From the NCBI GenBank assembly GCA_029250605.1, contig JAQXEZ010000006.1, forward strand, positions 11,535 through 75,534: a DNA stretch of 64,000 nt, in the 5' to 3' direction. A program made the position numbers and the translations under genes. The DNA is from Candidatus Thalassarchaeaceae archaeon. GTDB lineage: Archaea > Thermoplasmatota > Poseidoniia > Poseidoniales > Thalassarchaeaceae. The notes beneath the pieces are model-generated. The model ran no database searches and was not told where the DNA came from. It saw only the letters and a program-made list of their open reading frames with translations. This document shows, one piece after another, positions 41,853 to 50,980 of this stretch (positions are counted from its first letter, which is position 1; every line of letters begins with the position of its first letter).

Positions 41853-42233
41853 TCATGACGAGAGGGTCTCGAAGTGCGACTTTACCTCGTTGAATCGATC
41901 CATGCCCTCTTTCTCGACCTGCATTACCGCAATTGCGGCCGTCCTGGTCCCAGTGCTCATCCCAGCAGCTTCTGCTAGGTATGCCTGATCCTCAACATAG
42001 ATGAATGGGATTTCCTTCTCCTTGCAAATCATCGGTATGTGTGCAAGCAACTCTCCCGGATTTACATTCTCAGCCATTACGACCATCTGCGCAGTTCCTC
42101 TCTCTGCAGACTTGGTGACCTCATTGGCTCCCTTCTTTAGTCGGCCCTTGCCATCCTTGCCTAGGCTCTTGACCATCTCGTAAACTTGCTCTTGTACGTC
42201 TTGGGGTGTTTCGAAAACAATATGTACACTCAT
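41853..42233 (-). CDS. rpl7ae: Ribosomal protein L7Ae
   Basis: Start moved to ATG 42233 (AGGAG lies 8 nt upstream). LKKGANEVTKSAERGTAQMVVMAENVNPGELLAHIPMICKEKEIPFIYV. Confidence 0.9.
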   Translation of the reverse strand: MSVHIVFETPQDVQEQVYEMVKSLGKDGKGRLKKGANEVTKSAERGTAQMVVMAENVNPGELLAHIPMICKEKEIPFIYVEDQAYLAEAAGMSTGTRTAAIAVMQVEKEGMDRFNEVKSHFETLSS

Positions 42234-42277
42234 TGGAACATCTCCTCGTGTTAGTAAGCCGCCGCACGGCATGACCG

Positions 42278-42284
42278 ATATAAA
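42278..42284 (-). promoter_or_regulatory. TATA box (TTTATAT) of the rpl7ae-rps28e-rpl24e operon
   Basis: On the minus strand the sequence reads GCGTTTATATCGG, 45 nt upstream of ATG 42233. This predicts a short leader carrying the AGGAG (42242-42246). Confidence 0.5.
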
Positions 42285-42303
42285 CGCAGCGTATTCCCTC
42301 CAG

Positions 42304-43296
42304 TCAGCCGTTATGTGTGACTTTCTCCATGAGTCTACTCAATCCCCTTGCCAATGCGGGTGCTGCAGACACGCTAGCCCTAGGATTTGGTAGAGAATCA
42401 GTTGTGTATACTCCATCCACATGATTTGCTAGTCGGGACAATGCCCCGCCCGTGAATAGGCCATGCGTGCATGCTGCGTGGACCTCTGTAGCACCCTGTC
42501 TCCTAAGTGCGTCACTAGCCCTGCAAATCGTGCCTCCGGTGCTGATCATGTCATCCACTATCGCTACAACCTTGCCAGAGACGTCTAGATTCTTGGGGGT
42601 GTGCTCAATTGTATGGGCATCAATCCTGGTCTTTTCGAGATAGGAAAAATCGCACCCGATTAGGCCAGCTACCTCCGTCGCTCTGGAGATAGCACCCTTG
42701 TCAGGGCTCAGGATGAAGTCTGGAGACACTCCGTTCTGCAACCTCTCCGCTATCTCCGGCATCGAACTAACGAACTCAATTGGCACGTCCATCCCCTCCA
42801 GGACCTCTGGAGCATGCAGGTCCAGTATTGCAATCCCATCACAATATCTTGAAACAACTTCTGTCACCATTTTCGCCGAAATTGACTCACCTGCGGAGAA
42901 CCTCTTGTCCTGCCTAGCATAACCATAGTAGGGAATTGCCAAGAAAACACCAGGGCCAACGTCTTCGGTATCTCCCGACCACTCCCCCTTCAAGCTAGAA
43001 AGATCCCCTTTCCTAACGTCTCGAATTGCCCCCAGGAGTAACAGAGTCTGCATTATCCCTGAATCGGGGAACGTATTGGATACCAGAACAACTGATTCCG
43101 ATCTGACAGACTCTATTGATTCGGGAGGGATCCTGACATAGGCTTCTCCGTCAGGGAATCTCCTGCTTTCTAGAGCCACGTGCTCCATGTCAAGGATTGG
43201 GGCTAGTTTCTCAGCAATCCCAGCACCTGAGGCGCCGCTAAGAACAGGCATTTGATGACAGGGACAGGAGGTCCCTTCATGATGCTTCTTATTCAT
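42304..43296 (-). CDS. prs: Ribose-phosphate pyrophosphokinase
   Basis: RRFPDGEAYVRI, YYGYARQDKRF, VAIVDDMISTGGTI. The real start is possibly ATG 43251. Confidence 0.85.
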   Translation of the reverse strand: MNKKHHEGTSCPCHQMPVLSGASGAGIAEKLAPILDMEHVALESRRFPDGEAYVRIPPESIESVRSESVVLVSNTFPDSGIMQTLLLLGAIRDVRKGDLSSLKGEWSGDTEDVGPGVFLAIPYYGYARQDKRFSAGESISAKMVTEVVSRYCDGIAILDLHAPEVLEGMDVPIEFVSSMPEIAERLQNGVSPDFILSPDKGAISRATEVAGLIGCDFSYLEKTRIDAHTIEHTPKNLDVSGKVVAIVDDMISTGGTICRASDALRRQGATEVHAACTHGLFTGGALSRLANHVDGVYTTDSLPNPRASVSAAPALARGLSRLMEKVTHNG

Positions 43297-43322
43297 CTAG
43301 AAACCTAGAAAATGGTGAATTT

Positions 43323-43400
43323 TGGTGGGCACGACAGGATTTGAACCTGTGACCTCCCGGTTATCAGCCGGGTGCTCCAGCCAAACTAAGCTACGCGCCC
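43323..43400 (-). tRNA. tRNA-Ile (anticodon GAU), CCA encoded
   Basis: The reverse complement reads GGGCGCGTAGCTTAGTTTGGCTGGAGCACCCGGCTGATAACCGGGAGGTCACAGGTTCAAATCCTGTCGTGCCCACCA. Anticodon loop is CTGATAA. Confidence 0.9.
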
Positions 43401-43453
43401 TTGAGCATCATCGGCACATGGGATTGTGATTTGAAGGCTACTCAAGGATTGAC

Positions 43454-44041
43454 TCACTCTTCTTCGTAACCTTCGTCATTCAATTTCAAGAAACTGGGCA
43501 GAGTCACTAACCTGGAAAAGGTGCACTTCAGAATGACTTCATCAAGTCTAGAAGTAGTCTTTGCCAATTGCCCACAGGGTACTGCTATTGTCTCAGGAAG
43601 GCCATGCCTGGCTCTAACCATGAAATGGGGTTTCACCAGGAGACCCTTGTATGTGCGCTTTATTTTGATAAGCTCCACGACATTGCCAATGTCCATGCCA
43701 TCATTGTCTAGCACTGCTCTATCCATCAACTCATCAGGAGCATAGAGATCTTCTTGGATTCTAACCGTGTTCCTCCACCTTCTCTGCAATTCCCTCATTG
43801 ATTTTGAAAGCTTGATCCCACCGTCTGGTCTAATACTGTGAACCAACTCTTTCGCCAGAGGGGCCAGATCTGCAGGTTTCCTCATGAATTCACTAGCCAC
43901 ATCGTCCTCCACCTTGATCCTCCAGGACCTCACGAACTCGTCTCTAGGATGGAATCTCTCACTAACCACCACTCCTACGTGTTTTTCTCCAACATAGACA
44001 TCTCTGTGTATCATTTCCTGTATTTCGTAATCTTCTACCAT
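43454..44041 (-). CDS. Hypothetical protein (possibly two PRC-barrel-like halves)
   Basis: 195-aa ORF. Segments VYVGEKHVGVVVSE and VLDNDGMDIGNVVELI loosely resemble PRC-barrel strands. This is weak. Confidence 0.4.
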   Translation of the reverse strand: MVEDYEIQEMIHRDVYVGEKHVGVVVSERFHPRDEFVRSWRIKVEDDVASEFMRKPADLAPLAKELVHSIRPDGGIKLSKSMRELQRRWRNTVRIQEDLYAPDELMDRAVLDNDGMDIGNVVELIKIKRTYKGLLVKPHFMVRARHGLPETIAVPCGQLAKTTSRLDEVILKCTFSRLVTLPSFLKLNDEGYEEE

Positions 44042-44099
44042 TTCTCTCCCTCAGGGAGGAGTGCACCCCCGTTGCTTCTCCTGAGCCTCAGACACTGGA

Positions 44100-44280
44100 G
44101 TGGCACTTATATTATTCGTTAATCAAGACTGATAATCCAATTGAAATTTTTGAGTAAGAATGAATTTTTCAATTGGAAAATTGATTTTAGTTTAATTTTT
44201 TTAATGATTATCAGAAAACCGAGTTTTCACGTTCCGACCATTATTTTCGTGAACTCAGACCATTTCCGGAGAATGTTGAT
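44100..44280. promoter_or_regulatory. AT-rich divergent intergenic region with nested inverted repeats
   Basis: Outer inverted repeat: CTGATAATC (44129-44137) / GATTATCAG (44206-44214). Inner inverted repeat: CCAATTGAAA (44137-44146) / TTTCAATTGG (44167-44176). There are several T/A runs. It lies between divergently transcribed genes. Confidence 0.5.
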
Positions 44281-45807
44281 GTGCATCCCTCCTTTGCCCT
44301 GCACGTGGATGGCAAACTAGCTGCCCTAGCCGAAATTCGCTCTCGATCAGGTCAAGCACAGACTAACGGCCTAAAGGACTCAGTTATCTCCGATTTCCTA
44401 GAGACTGATCCATCCCTTAGTAGGGCTATAGAGGAGGCAACTGAAAACTTCCAGAGTCTAATCAACGACATGGGTGATGAACTATTCTCCATGAAAGAGA
44501 GTGATTTAGTTGCATATCTTCAATCTGATTATGTCAACTTCTATTCCGCCGCCACTATTAATCCGTACGTGGCAATTGCTGCTCGAGGGCCTTGGATAGT
44601 TACCTCTCATGGGGCGGTCCTTCACGATAATGGAGGATATGGGATGCTTGGAATGGGGCATGGACCTGATGACGTAATACAGTCAATGCAGCAGAATTGG
44701 GTGATGGCTAATGTCATGACGCCCTCATTCAGCCAGAAGAGACTCTCTGAACGTCTTAGAAAGGAAGTCGGCCATACTAGAGGCAGCTGCCCATTCTCCA
44801 AGTTCGTCTGTTTGAATAGCGGTTCAGAATCTGTAACAATCTCTATTCGAATTGCAGATGCAAACACTCTCAGAGTTACTGGCAAGGGAGGAAGACACGA
44901 GGGCAAACCAACCAAGATGCTGGCGCTAGTTGAGGCATTCCATGGAAGAACGCAAAGGCCTGCTCAGATTTCAGACTCGTGCAGTGAGAAGTACGAGAAG
45001 AATCTAGCCTCATTCCGTGAGAGGGATAACGTAATCTTCGTACCAAGCAACGATCTAGACTCACTCAGATCTGCTTTCGAGCGTGCGGATAAAGAGGGCT
45101 TCTTCATCGAATTGATGGCTATGGAACCCGTGATGGGCGAGGGCAATCCTGGGCTCTGCGTAACTAGGGAGTTCTATGATTTAGCCAGAACTCTTTGTTC
45201 GCAGCATGAGAGTATGCTAATCGTTGACTCAATCCAAGCCGGACTGAGGGGACAAGGATGCCTAAGTATCGTTGATTATGATGGTTTTGAGGACTGTTTG
45301 GTTCCAGACATGGAGACTTGGTCAAAGGCCCTTAATGCCGGCCAATACCCACTCTCAGTCGTCGGTCTCTCCGAGCAGGCAGCTGAATTATACGTCGTAG
45401 GAATTTATGGGAATACTATGACGACGAATCCAAGAGCTTTGGAAACTGCAGTCTCAGTCCTTGACCGAGTAACCCCAGAATTGAGGAATAACATCAAGGA
45501 AAGGGGTGTTGAATTCGTTGCTAAATTGAGAGCACTCGCCGAGGAGATACCTGGTACGATTACTGAGGTTCAAGGAACAGGGCTCCTCCTTTGTGCAGAA
45601 TTAGACCCAGAGAAACTCCCTGTGGTTGGATTCGGATATGTGGAAGAATGGTGCAGGAACAATGGTCTCGGAGTAATCCACGGGGGCCAGAATGCTCTGA
45701 GATTCACCCCCCACTTCTCAATAACTTCCGAGGAGATAGATATGATCGTGGATATTTTGAGGGAAGCACTCCTGAATTTCACGTCTAAGGCTATCGAGGC
45801 TAACTAA
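44281..45807 (+). CDS. Class-III (ornithine/GABA-type) PLP-dependent aminotransferase
   Basis: LNSGSESVTISIRIA, LIVDSIQAGLRGQG and TWSKAL (Schiff-base Lys context). It has an N-terminal extension of about 90 aa. GTG start. Confidence 0.65.
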   Translation: MHPSFALHVDGKLAALAEIRSRSGQAQTNGLKDSVISDFLETDPSLSRAIEEATENFQSLINDMGDELFSMKESDLVAYLQSDYVNFYSAATINPYVAIAARGPWIVTSHGAVLHDNGGYGMLGMGHGPDDVIQSMQQNWVMANVMTPSFSQKRLSERLRKEVGHTRGSCPFSKFVCLNSGSESVTISIRIADANTLRVTGKGGRHEGKPTKMLALVEAFHGRTQRPAQISDSCSEKYEKNLASFRERDNVIFVPSNDLDSLRSAFERADKEGFFIELMAMEPVMGEGNPGLCVTREFYDLARTLCSQHESMLIVDSIQAGLRGQGCLSIVDYDGFEDCLVPDMETWSKALNAGQYPLSVVGLSEQAAELYVVGIYGNTMTTNPRALETAVSVLDRVTPELRNNIKERGVEFVAKLRALAEEIPGTITEVQGTGLLLCAELDPEKLPVVGFGYVEEWCRNNGLGVIHGGQNALRFTPHFSITSEEIDMIVDILREALLNFTSKAIEAN

Positions 45808-45821
45808 ACAGATGCGTTTCC

Positions 45822-46502
45822 ATGCCCAGAAGTGTGCATGTTTCAGGTTCATCAGACGGACTCAGAGAAGCCCTGGAGGCAAGGCTCGAGAGGTCTGGAG
45901 CACGACTCGTCGCCGAACCAGAGAGGGCAGATGTAACGATTCAGATCGACAGCCAGGAGAGCAGTGACATCGCAATCGTCCCTCTAGGTTCTAGATCCCC
46001 CGATTCAGGAATTGTATTCGAATTATCTGATGTCATAATCCCAAATGGCCGAGGGAAATGGGGAAATGCGGTTATGACCGATTGGATTGAGAAAATCATG
46101 AGTGGAAAGAAACCAGATCCGGAATCCAATATCAGATACTGGGTTAACGTACGGGATGTAGTCGACGCGATTTCTACAATTTGCTTGAGTGAGGAAGAAA
46201 ATATGCCCAATGGAAACTATACGATGTGCGGCAGAAGGGCGTGGGAAATGGGAGATGTAACAGACGAAATCAGAGTATTGTGGGATCGTTACAATAATTC
46301 AATCAATCATTCTCATACCATTCAATCATTGTCCGAAGTCCCCAGTCCAGTTAGGGGGCTACATTCGGAGATTGAAGAAAGACCCGACCTAAGCAAACTC
46401 CACGAAGCTCTGATTAGATCCGGAGGAGATGGTTGGCATCCATTGACGCCAATGAGAGTTTCTTTGATGGAAATGATAGCCAGCGCAATAAACTCAACGT
46501 GA
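45822..46502 (+). CDS. Hypothetical protein, possibly a degenerate NAD(P)-binding/epimerase-like fold
   Basis: VHVSGSSDGLREAL and YWVNVRDVVDAI are reminiscent of SDR/epimerase motifs, but the glycine motif is degenerate. Confidence 0.35.
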   Translation: MPRSVHVSGSSDGLREALEARLERSGARLVAEPERADVTIQIDSQESSDIAIVPLGSRSPDSGIVFELSDVIIPNGRGKWGNAVMTDWIEKIMSGKKPDPESNIRYWVNVRDVVDAISTICLSEEENMPNGNYTMCGRRAWEMGDVTDEIRVLWDRYNNSINHSHTIQSLSEVPSPVRGLHSEIEERPDLSKLHEALIRSGGDGWHPLTPMRVSLMEMIASAINST

Positions 46503-46676
46503 GTTTTTGTCACCTTGAACCTTCACTCTAACATCTTGGGCAAAACCTTTGCATGTCTGCATTACCTTTCGAATTCGTGTACCTGCAGCATTATTCCCAG
46601 AGTCATGCTTCTCGGCGTCACCGAGAGCATCGGTCAATTCGTTTATCATGTCCTGAATCATTCCTCTAACTGACAT
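46494..46676 (-). CDS. Small Hc1-like (histone H1-like, chlamydial HctA N-domain type) nucleoid protein
   Basis: The 60-aa QDMINELTDALGDAEKHDSGNNAAGTRIRKVMQTCKGFAQDVR aligns by eye with the Hc1 core (...AEKGNKAAAQRVR...K.A...RK). Confidence 0.45.
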   Translation of the reverse strand: MSVRGMIQDMINELTDALGDAEKHDSGNNAAGTRIRKVMQTCKGFAQDVRVKVQGDKNSR

Positions 46677-46725
46677 ATCATCACATCGAAAAAAGCAGAT
46701 TTATAGCCGTTTCTCCGGCAACCCC

Positions 46726-47736
46726 TCAATCATTCCGAAATAGATCAGATCCGAGTAGTGGAAGAATCAGACTCGCTTCTCCCTCAACGACAATCTGATC
46801 CGCCTCAGGTCTGATTTTCCCCCAAGAAATCGCTTCCTTGAGTCTAGCACCAGATAGTGACCCATCATACTCCGGTGCAGTAGTAATAGAGACAGCCGAA
46901 TCCATTCCAGAGTCCTCCCTGAATTGGTTCCACCAAATTACGTGATGCTTCGAGATACCTCCTCCGATCATTAGTCCATGACTTTCATTTGCAGTCCAAA
47001 TAAGGTCAGATAGAACCTGCTCATCTGCTAGGACGTCTACCATGAAGTCAGGGCTTCTTTGCCTATGCATGAATAATTGTGATCCTATTGAACCATCAGT
47101 GAGGCCTGGGATAACCATTGGGATCCTGTTCTTTGCAACCCAGTGCAATAGTGAACTTTCATCATCTATCCTGTCTCCTATTGCCCAACAAAGTTCCACT
47201 GATCCGAAACCCCTCCAGGGGTTGATACTATCCTTCGCCTTCCTCTCATCCTCAATCTCACTTAGCCAAGGAAGCAGGACCCTCTCTAGTATCTCTCCAT
47301 AGCATTCGTTAGGAATCACTACATTGCCCAATCTGTTCAGGCCTTCTCTGCCCAAGGCAATGTCGTCCAGACTGAAATCACCATGGAAGTAGTCTCTGAA
47401 TGTCCTTGCTATGTCATGATCAAGAGTGCCACATGTGGTGACAACAACGTTGTATGCTCTTCTCTTCAATGCCTCAACGAAGAATCCCCTGGTTCCTGTG
47501 GCACAAAGACAGGCTGGGAATGAAAGCCAATTGAGATTCCCTTCTTCATTAGATTGCAAAATCGCCTTCCTCAGAATATCTCTGGCACGAGACAACTTCG
47601 ATGCTGTGAAACCACCCGCCCTACCCATCTGGTCAATCAGACTGCGAACGTCGGATACGCTTGAGAAGTCATAGTCCTCGACTGGAACATCAAAGTCGTC
47701 TCGTGAGTATCCGCCCATGGGGACCGCACTGGACAC
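46726..47736 (-). CDS. dys: Deoxyhypusine synthase
   Basis: GTLDHDIARTF, IPGLTDGSIG, GGGISKHHVIW. Length is typical. Confidence 0.85.
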   Translation of the reverse strand: MSSAVPMGGYSRDDFDVPVEDYDFSSVSDVRSLIDQMGRAGGFTASKLSRARDILRKAILQSNEEGNLNWLSFPACLCATGTRGFFVEALKRRAYNVVVTTCGTLDHDIARTFRDYFHGDFSLDDIALGREGLNRLGNVVIPNECYGEILERVLLPWLSEIEDERKAKDSINPWRGFGSVELCWAIGDRIDDESSLLHWVAKNRIPMVIPGLTDGSIGSQLFMHRQRSPDFMVDVLADEQVLSDLIWTANESHGLMIGGGISKHHVIWWNQFREDSGMDSAVSITTAPEYDGSLSGARLKEAISWGKIRPEADQIVVEGEASLILPLLGSDLFRND

Positions 47737-47742
47737 TTGGCT

Positions 47743-50013
47743 TCAATTGGTCGCATTATGAAGATTGAAGATTCTGTCCCTCAGGTTAGCCGCTCTCTCG
47801 AAGTCAAGCCTATCCGCCGCTTGCTTCATCTCCTTTTCCAACCTAGAAATGAGAACTGTCTGATCTTCGCCCTCGTCCCCCAATCTTTCAGGGTCCCCGA
47901 CCCATTCAGGCTGGCTGACATTCTCAAGTACTGAATCCGAAGAATTCCAAACCCCTGCACCCAGGCCGAATCTCTTGGCAAGGCCTTCCAAACCCTTCTT
48001 ACCCGGGGGCTTGGCAACCATTCTCCGACCTCCGCTGCTCCCAGTTCCTGCAACACCTGAGAGTAGGTCGGCGATCTCGGTCCCCATTTCAGGGAGTGCC
48101 TTCTGGATGGTCTTTGGTACGACCCCATTCTCTTCGTTGTGCTTTCTCTGGAGGGACCTTCTCTTCACAGTCTGGTTGATTGCTGCCTCCATTGCAGGAG
48201 AGACCGAGTCTGCATACAGAATCACGGATCCATCCACATTCCTAGAAGCCCTTCCTATTGTCTGTAGCAATGATCGTTCGTTTCTGAGGAAACCCTGCTT
48301 GTCAGCATCGAATATTGCAACCAATGAGACTTCGGGAATGTCCAAACCCTCTCTCAGCAAATTGATCCCCACAATCACGTCAATCAGCCCTAGTCTCAGT
48401 GCCTTGATTATCTCTGTACGTTCTAGAGTGTCAATCTCACTGTGTAGATAGTGTGCTTTGACTCCCATTCTCTCCAAGTACTCTGCAACTTCCTCTGCAA
48501 ACTTGATCGTCATCACGGTGACTAGAACCCTCTGATCCCGACTTACTCGATCACCGATTTCGCTTAGCAGATCCTGAACCTGCCCTTCAGTAGACCTCAC
48601 TTCAATCCCGGGGTCAAGAAGCCCAGTCGGACGAATTTCCATCTTCGCTATGCCGTCTATCTCGTCAAGCAACTCCTCCATACTGTGCTTCGATTTGGGT
48701 TTCCCAATCTCGGACTTCTTAGCCCCCCCTCCCCCGTCAACATGAATCAGCCCCTGAGGTACTTCTTGCCCAGTAACCTCTGCCAAGTGCCTCAGTTCCC
48801 TCTCACCTGGAGTCGCGCTGACATACATCATCTGGGGAATCAGTTCCTGGAACTCGTCAACTCGAAGCGGACGGTTGTCATATGCCGACGGCAACCTGAA
48901 TCCATGATCGACCAAGTTCTTCTTCCTGGAGTAGTCCCCACCATACATCCCTCCAACTTGGGGCAGTGTGACGTGCGATTCATCCATGATGACTAGATAT
49001 CTATCCGAACCACCATGGAATTGCTCTCCGTTGCTAGCGAAGAAGTCCAGCAGACAGTACGACCTCTCCCCTCTGGTCCGCCCATCGAAGTGCATGGAAT
49101 AGTTCTCCACTCCCTTGCATGAGCCAACTTCGTTCAGCATTTCTAGATCGAATCTCGTTCTCTGCTCGAGCCTGTGTGCCTCCAAGCCCCCGTCATTTGA
49201 CTCGAACCAGTCTAATCTAGTATCCAATTCGTGCTCAATGTCCTCCAGTGCTTGATTGAACCTCTCCTCGCTCGTCATGTAGAACTGTCTAGGATGAATC
49301 CAAGCCTCTTCGAAGTCATCCAGGGGTTCCCATGAGACTGCCTCGCAGACTTGGATCCTCTCAATTCCTTCCCAACCGAACCTTACCCTGAGTGGGTCGT
49401 CTCTGCTTGGCATCCACACGTCAAGTACCTCGCCCCTGAGTCGAACATCCCCTCTGGCAATCTCACCGGTTGTCCTCCTATACTGCAAATCGACTAGGCC
49501 TCTGACGATTTCCTGGGGGTCTGCTTTCTGGCCAACGTGCAGCCTGAGGTGATTCTGCTGGAATACCTCGGGCGGGTTGAGGCCGTAGATTGTGGAAACG
49601 GTTCCGACCGTGATGACATCGGGTCTGGAAACTAGAGAGGCCACTGTCGAGAACCTCTCCTGTTCGATGCGTTCGTTCATCTGGAGTTCCTTGTCGATGT
49701 ATAGGTCTCGACCGGGGATGTACGCCTCTGGTTGGTAGTAGTCGTAATAGCTAACGAAGTACTCAACCGAGTTTTCTGGGAAAAGTCCCGACATCTCTTG
49801 CCAAATCTGTCTTGCCAGGGTCTTGTTGTGCGAAAGAATCAATGTCGGAAGTTGCAGTTCTTCGATTACCTTGGCCATTGCGAAAGTCTTCCCCGATCCA
49901 GTCACACCAAGGAGAACGCATCTTTCCTGCCCTTCATTCAATTGCTTCACTAACTGGTCAATAGCCTGCTGCTGGTCACCAGCGGTCTCATAATCTGCTT
50001 GAAGTCTGAACAT
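47743..50013 (-). CDS. uvrB: Excinuclease ABC subunit B
   Basis: GDQQQAIDQL, LLGVTGSGKTF, DESHVT, and C-terminal UVR motif LDFERAANLRDRI. About 80 extra residues sit before the UVR domain. Confidence 0.9.
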   Translation of the reverse strand: MFRLQADYETAGDQQQAIDQLVKQLNEGQERCVLLGVTGSGKTFAMAKVIEELQLPTLILSHNKTLARQIWQEMSGLFPENSVEYFVSYYDYYQPEAYIPGRDLYIDKELQMNERIEQERFSTVASLVSRPDVITVGTVSTIYGLNPPEVFQQNHLRLHVGQKADPQEIVRGLVDLQYRRTTGEIARGDVRLRGEVLDVWMPSRDDPLRVRFGWEGIERIQVCEAVSWEPLDDFEEAWIHPRQFYMTSEERFNQALEDIEHELDTRLDWFESNDGGLEAHRLEQRTRFDLEMLNEVGSCKGVENYSMHFDGRTRGERSYCLLDFFASNGEQFHGGSDRYLVIMDESHVTLPQVGGMYGGDYSRKKNLVDHGFRLPSAYDNRPLRVDEFQELIPQMMYVSATPGERELRHLAEVTGQEVPQGLIHVDGGGGAKKSEIGKPKSKHSMEELLDEIDGIAKMEIRPTGLLDPGIEVRSTEGQVQDLLSEIGDRVSRDQRVLVTVMTIKFAEEVAEYLERMGVKAHYLHSEIDTLERTEIIKALRLGLIDVIVGINLLREGLDIPEVSLVAIFDADKQGFLRNERSLLQTIGRASRNVDGSVILYADSVSPAMEAAINQTVKRRSLQRKHNEENGVVPKTIQKALPEMGTEIADLLSGVAGTGSSGGRRMVAKPPGKKGLEGLAKRFGLGAGVWNSSDSVLENVSQPEWVGDPERLGDEGEDQTVLISRLEKEMKQAADRLDFERAANLRDRIFNLHNATN

Positions 50014-50022
50014 CCCAACGCC

Positions 50023-50979
50023 TCAATCAAGCAACCCGTCACTGAAGTAGTCTACGTATGCCATACTGGCGAGCAGAATCCACCCTGTAAGCATGGACGA
50101 ACGGAATAGTATCTTCTGATACCGCTCCATGCTTTCATCAGATTCTGACGCGGACTCTGCAGTTTTCGCCATCACGAAGATGTTTACCAGCGCCATGGAA
50201 ATAACTGACACGATCCAGAGAGTATGTCGAAACCTCCTGGTTTCGGTGAACTCATGCATCCCCGTAAGGAGGAAGCACACCATCCACCCTATGGTCAAAG
50301 CAACGCTAAGATTCCTAGTCGCTACATCTCCATAGCTGGCAGGGAATGAGCGAATCCCCTGTTCCCTGTCTACATCCTTGTCCATTAGGGCGTAGTTGAT
50401 ATCGAAAGCAGATATCCATAGAGCCACTCCCAATGAAATGAAGAAGACCTCAGGGAACCATAGGAACTCAGTCCGACCGTCATGCATTCCTGTGATGGAT
50501 GCCCAACCATGTGTGTCCGCTGCGATAGCGACCCACGCACCTGCTGGAGCAAGCGCCAAACAGAAACCTATCCAGAAGTGACAAATCCACGAGAACCTCT
50601 TCGTATAAGGGTATATTACGAATGCAATCACTGGAAGCCAAGCCATCTTCAAAGCCACTTCGTTCAACATCCATGCAGCGAACAAGAGCATCCCGAGAAA
50701 AACCGCTGAGAGAATCCAAGCAGTCTGCATCGACATCGTACCCGATGGCAAATGCCTGGAGGAAGTTCTGGGATTGGAAGAATCGATTTCTCGATCAATT
50801 ATCCTGTTCAGCGCCATTGCAAGGCCTCTTGCGCCGACTGCTGCAATGATTATCCAGAAGACATCCAGGCTCTCGCTTCCGAATTGGTCGACCGCTAGTA
50901 CGAATCCCATCAGAACGAAGGGTAGGGAGAACAGAGTATGTTCAACCTTGACGAACTCCAGTATCTCATTCAGGCCCAT
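50023..50979 (-). CDS. UbiA-family aromatic prenyltransferase (4-hydroxybenzoate polyprenyltransferase-related)
   Basis: Start at ATG 50979, 1 nt after the ubiD-like stop. FVKVEHTLFSLPF, ARGLAMALNRIIDREIDSSNPRTSSRHLPSG, DKDVDREQGIRS. Confidence 0.8.
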   Translation of the reverse strand: MGLNEILEFVKVEHTLFSLPFVLMGFVLAVDQFGSESLDVFWIIIAAVGARGLAMALNRIIDREIDSSNPRTSSRHLPSGTMSMQTAWILSAVFLGMLLFAAWMLNEVALKMAWLPVIAFVIYPYTKRFSWICHFWIGFCLALAPAGAWVAIAADTHGWASITGMHDGRTEFLWFPEVFFISLGVALWISAFDINYALMDKDVDREQGIRSFPASYGDVATRNLSVALTIGWMVCFLLTGMHEFTETRRFRHTLWIVSVISMALVNIFVMAKTAESASESDESMERYQKILFRSSMLTGWILLASMAYVDYFSDGLLD

Positions 50980-50980
50980 G

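Noticed and set aside
44100-44280. AT-rich island as a replication origin (oriC).
   Set aside because: There is no adjacent orc1/cdc6 gene and no ORB-like long repeats. The size and position fit a divergent promoter region.
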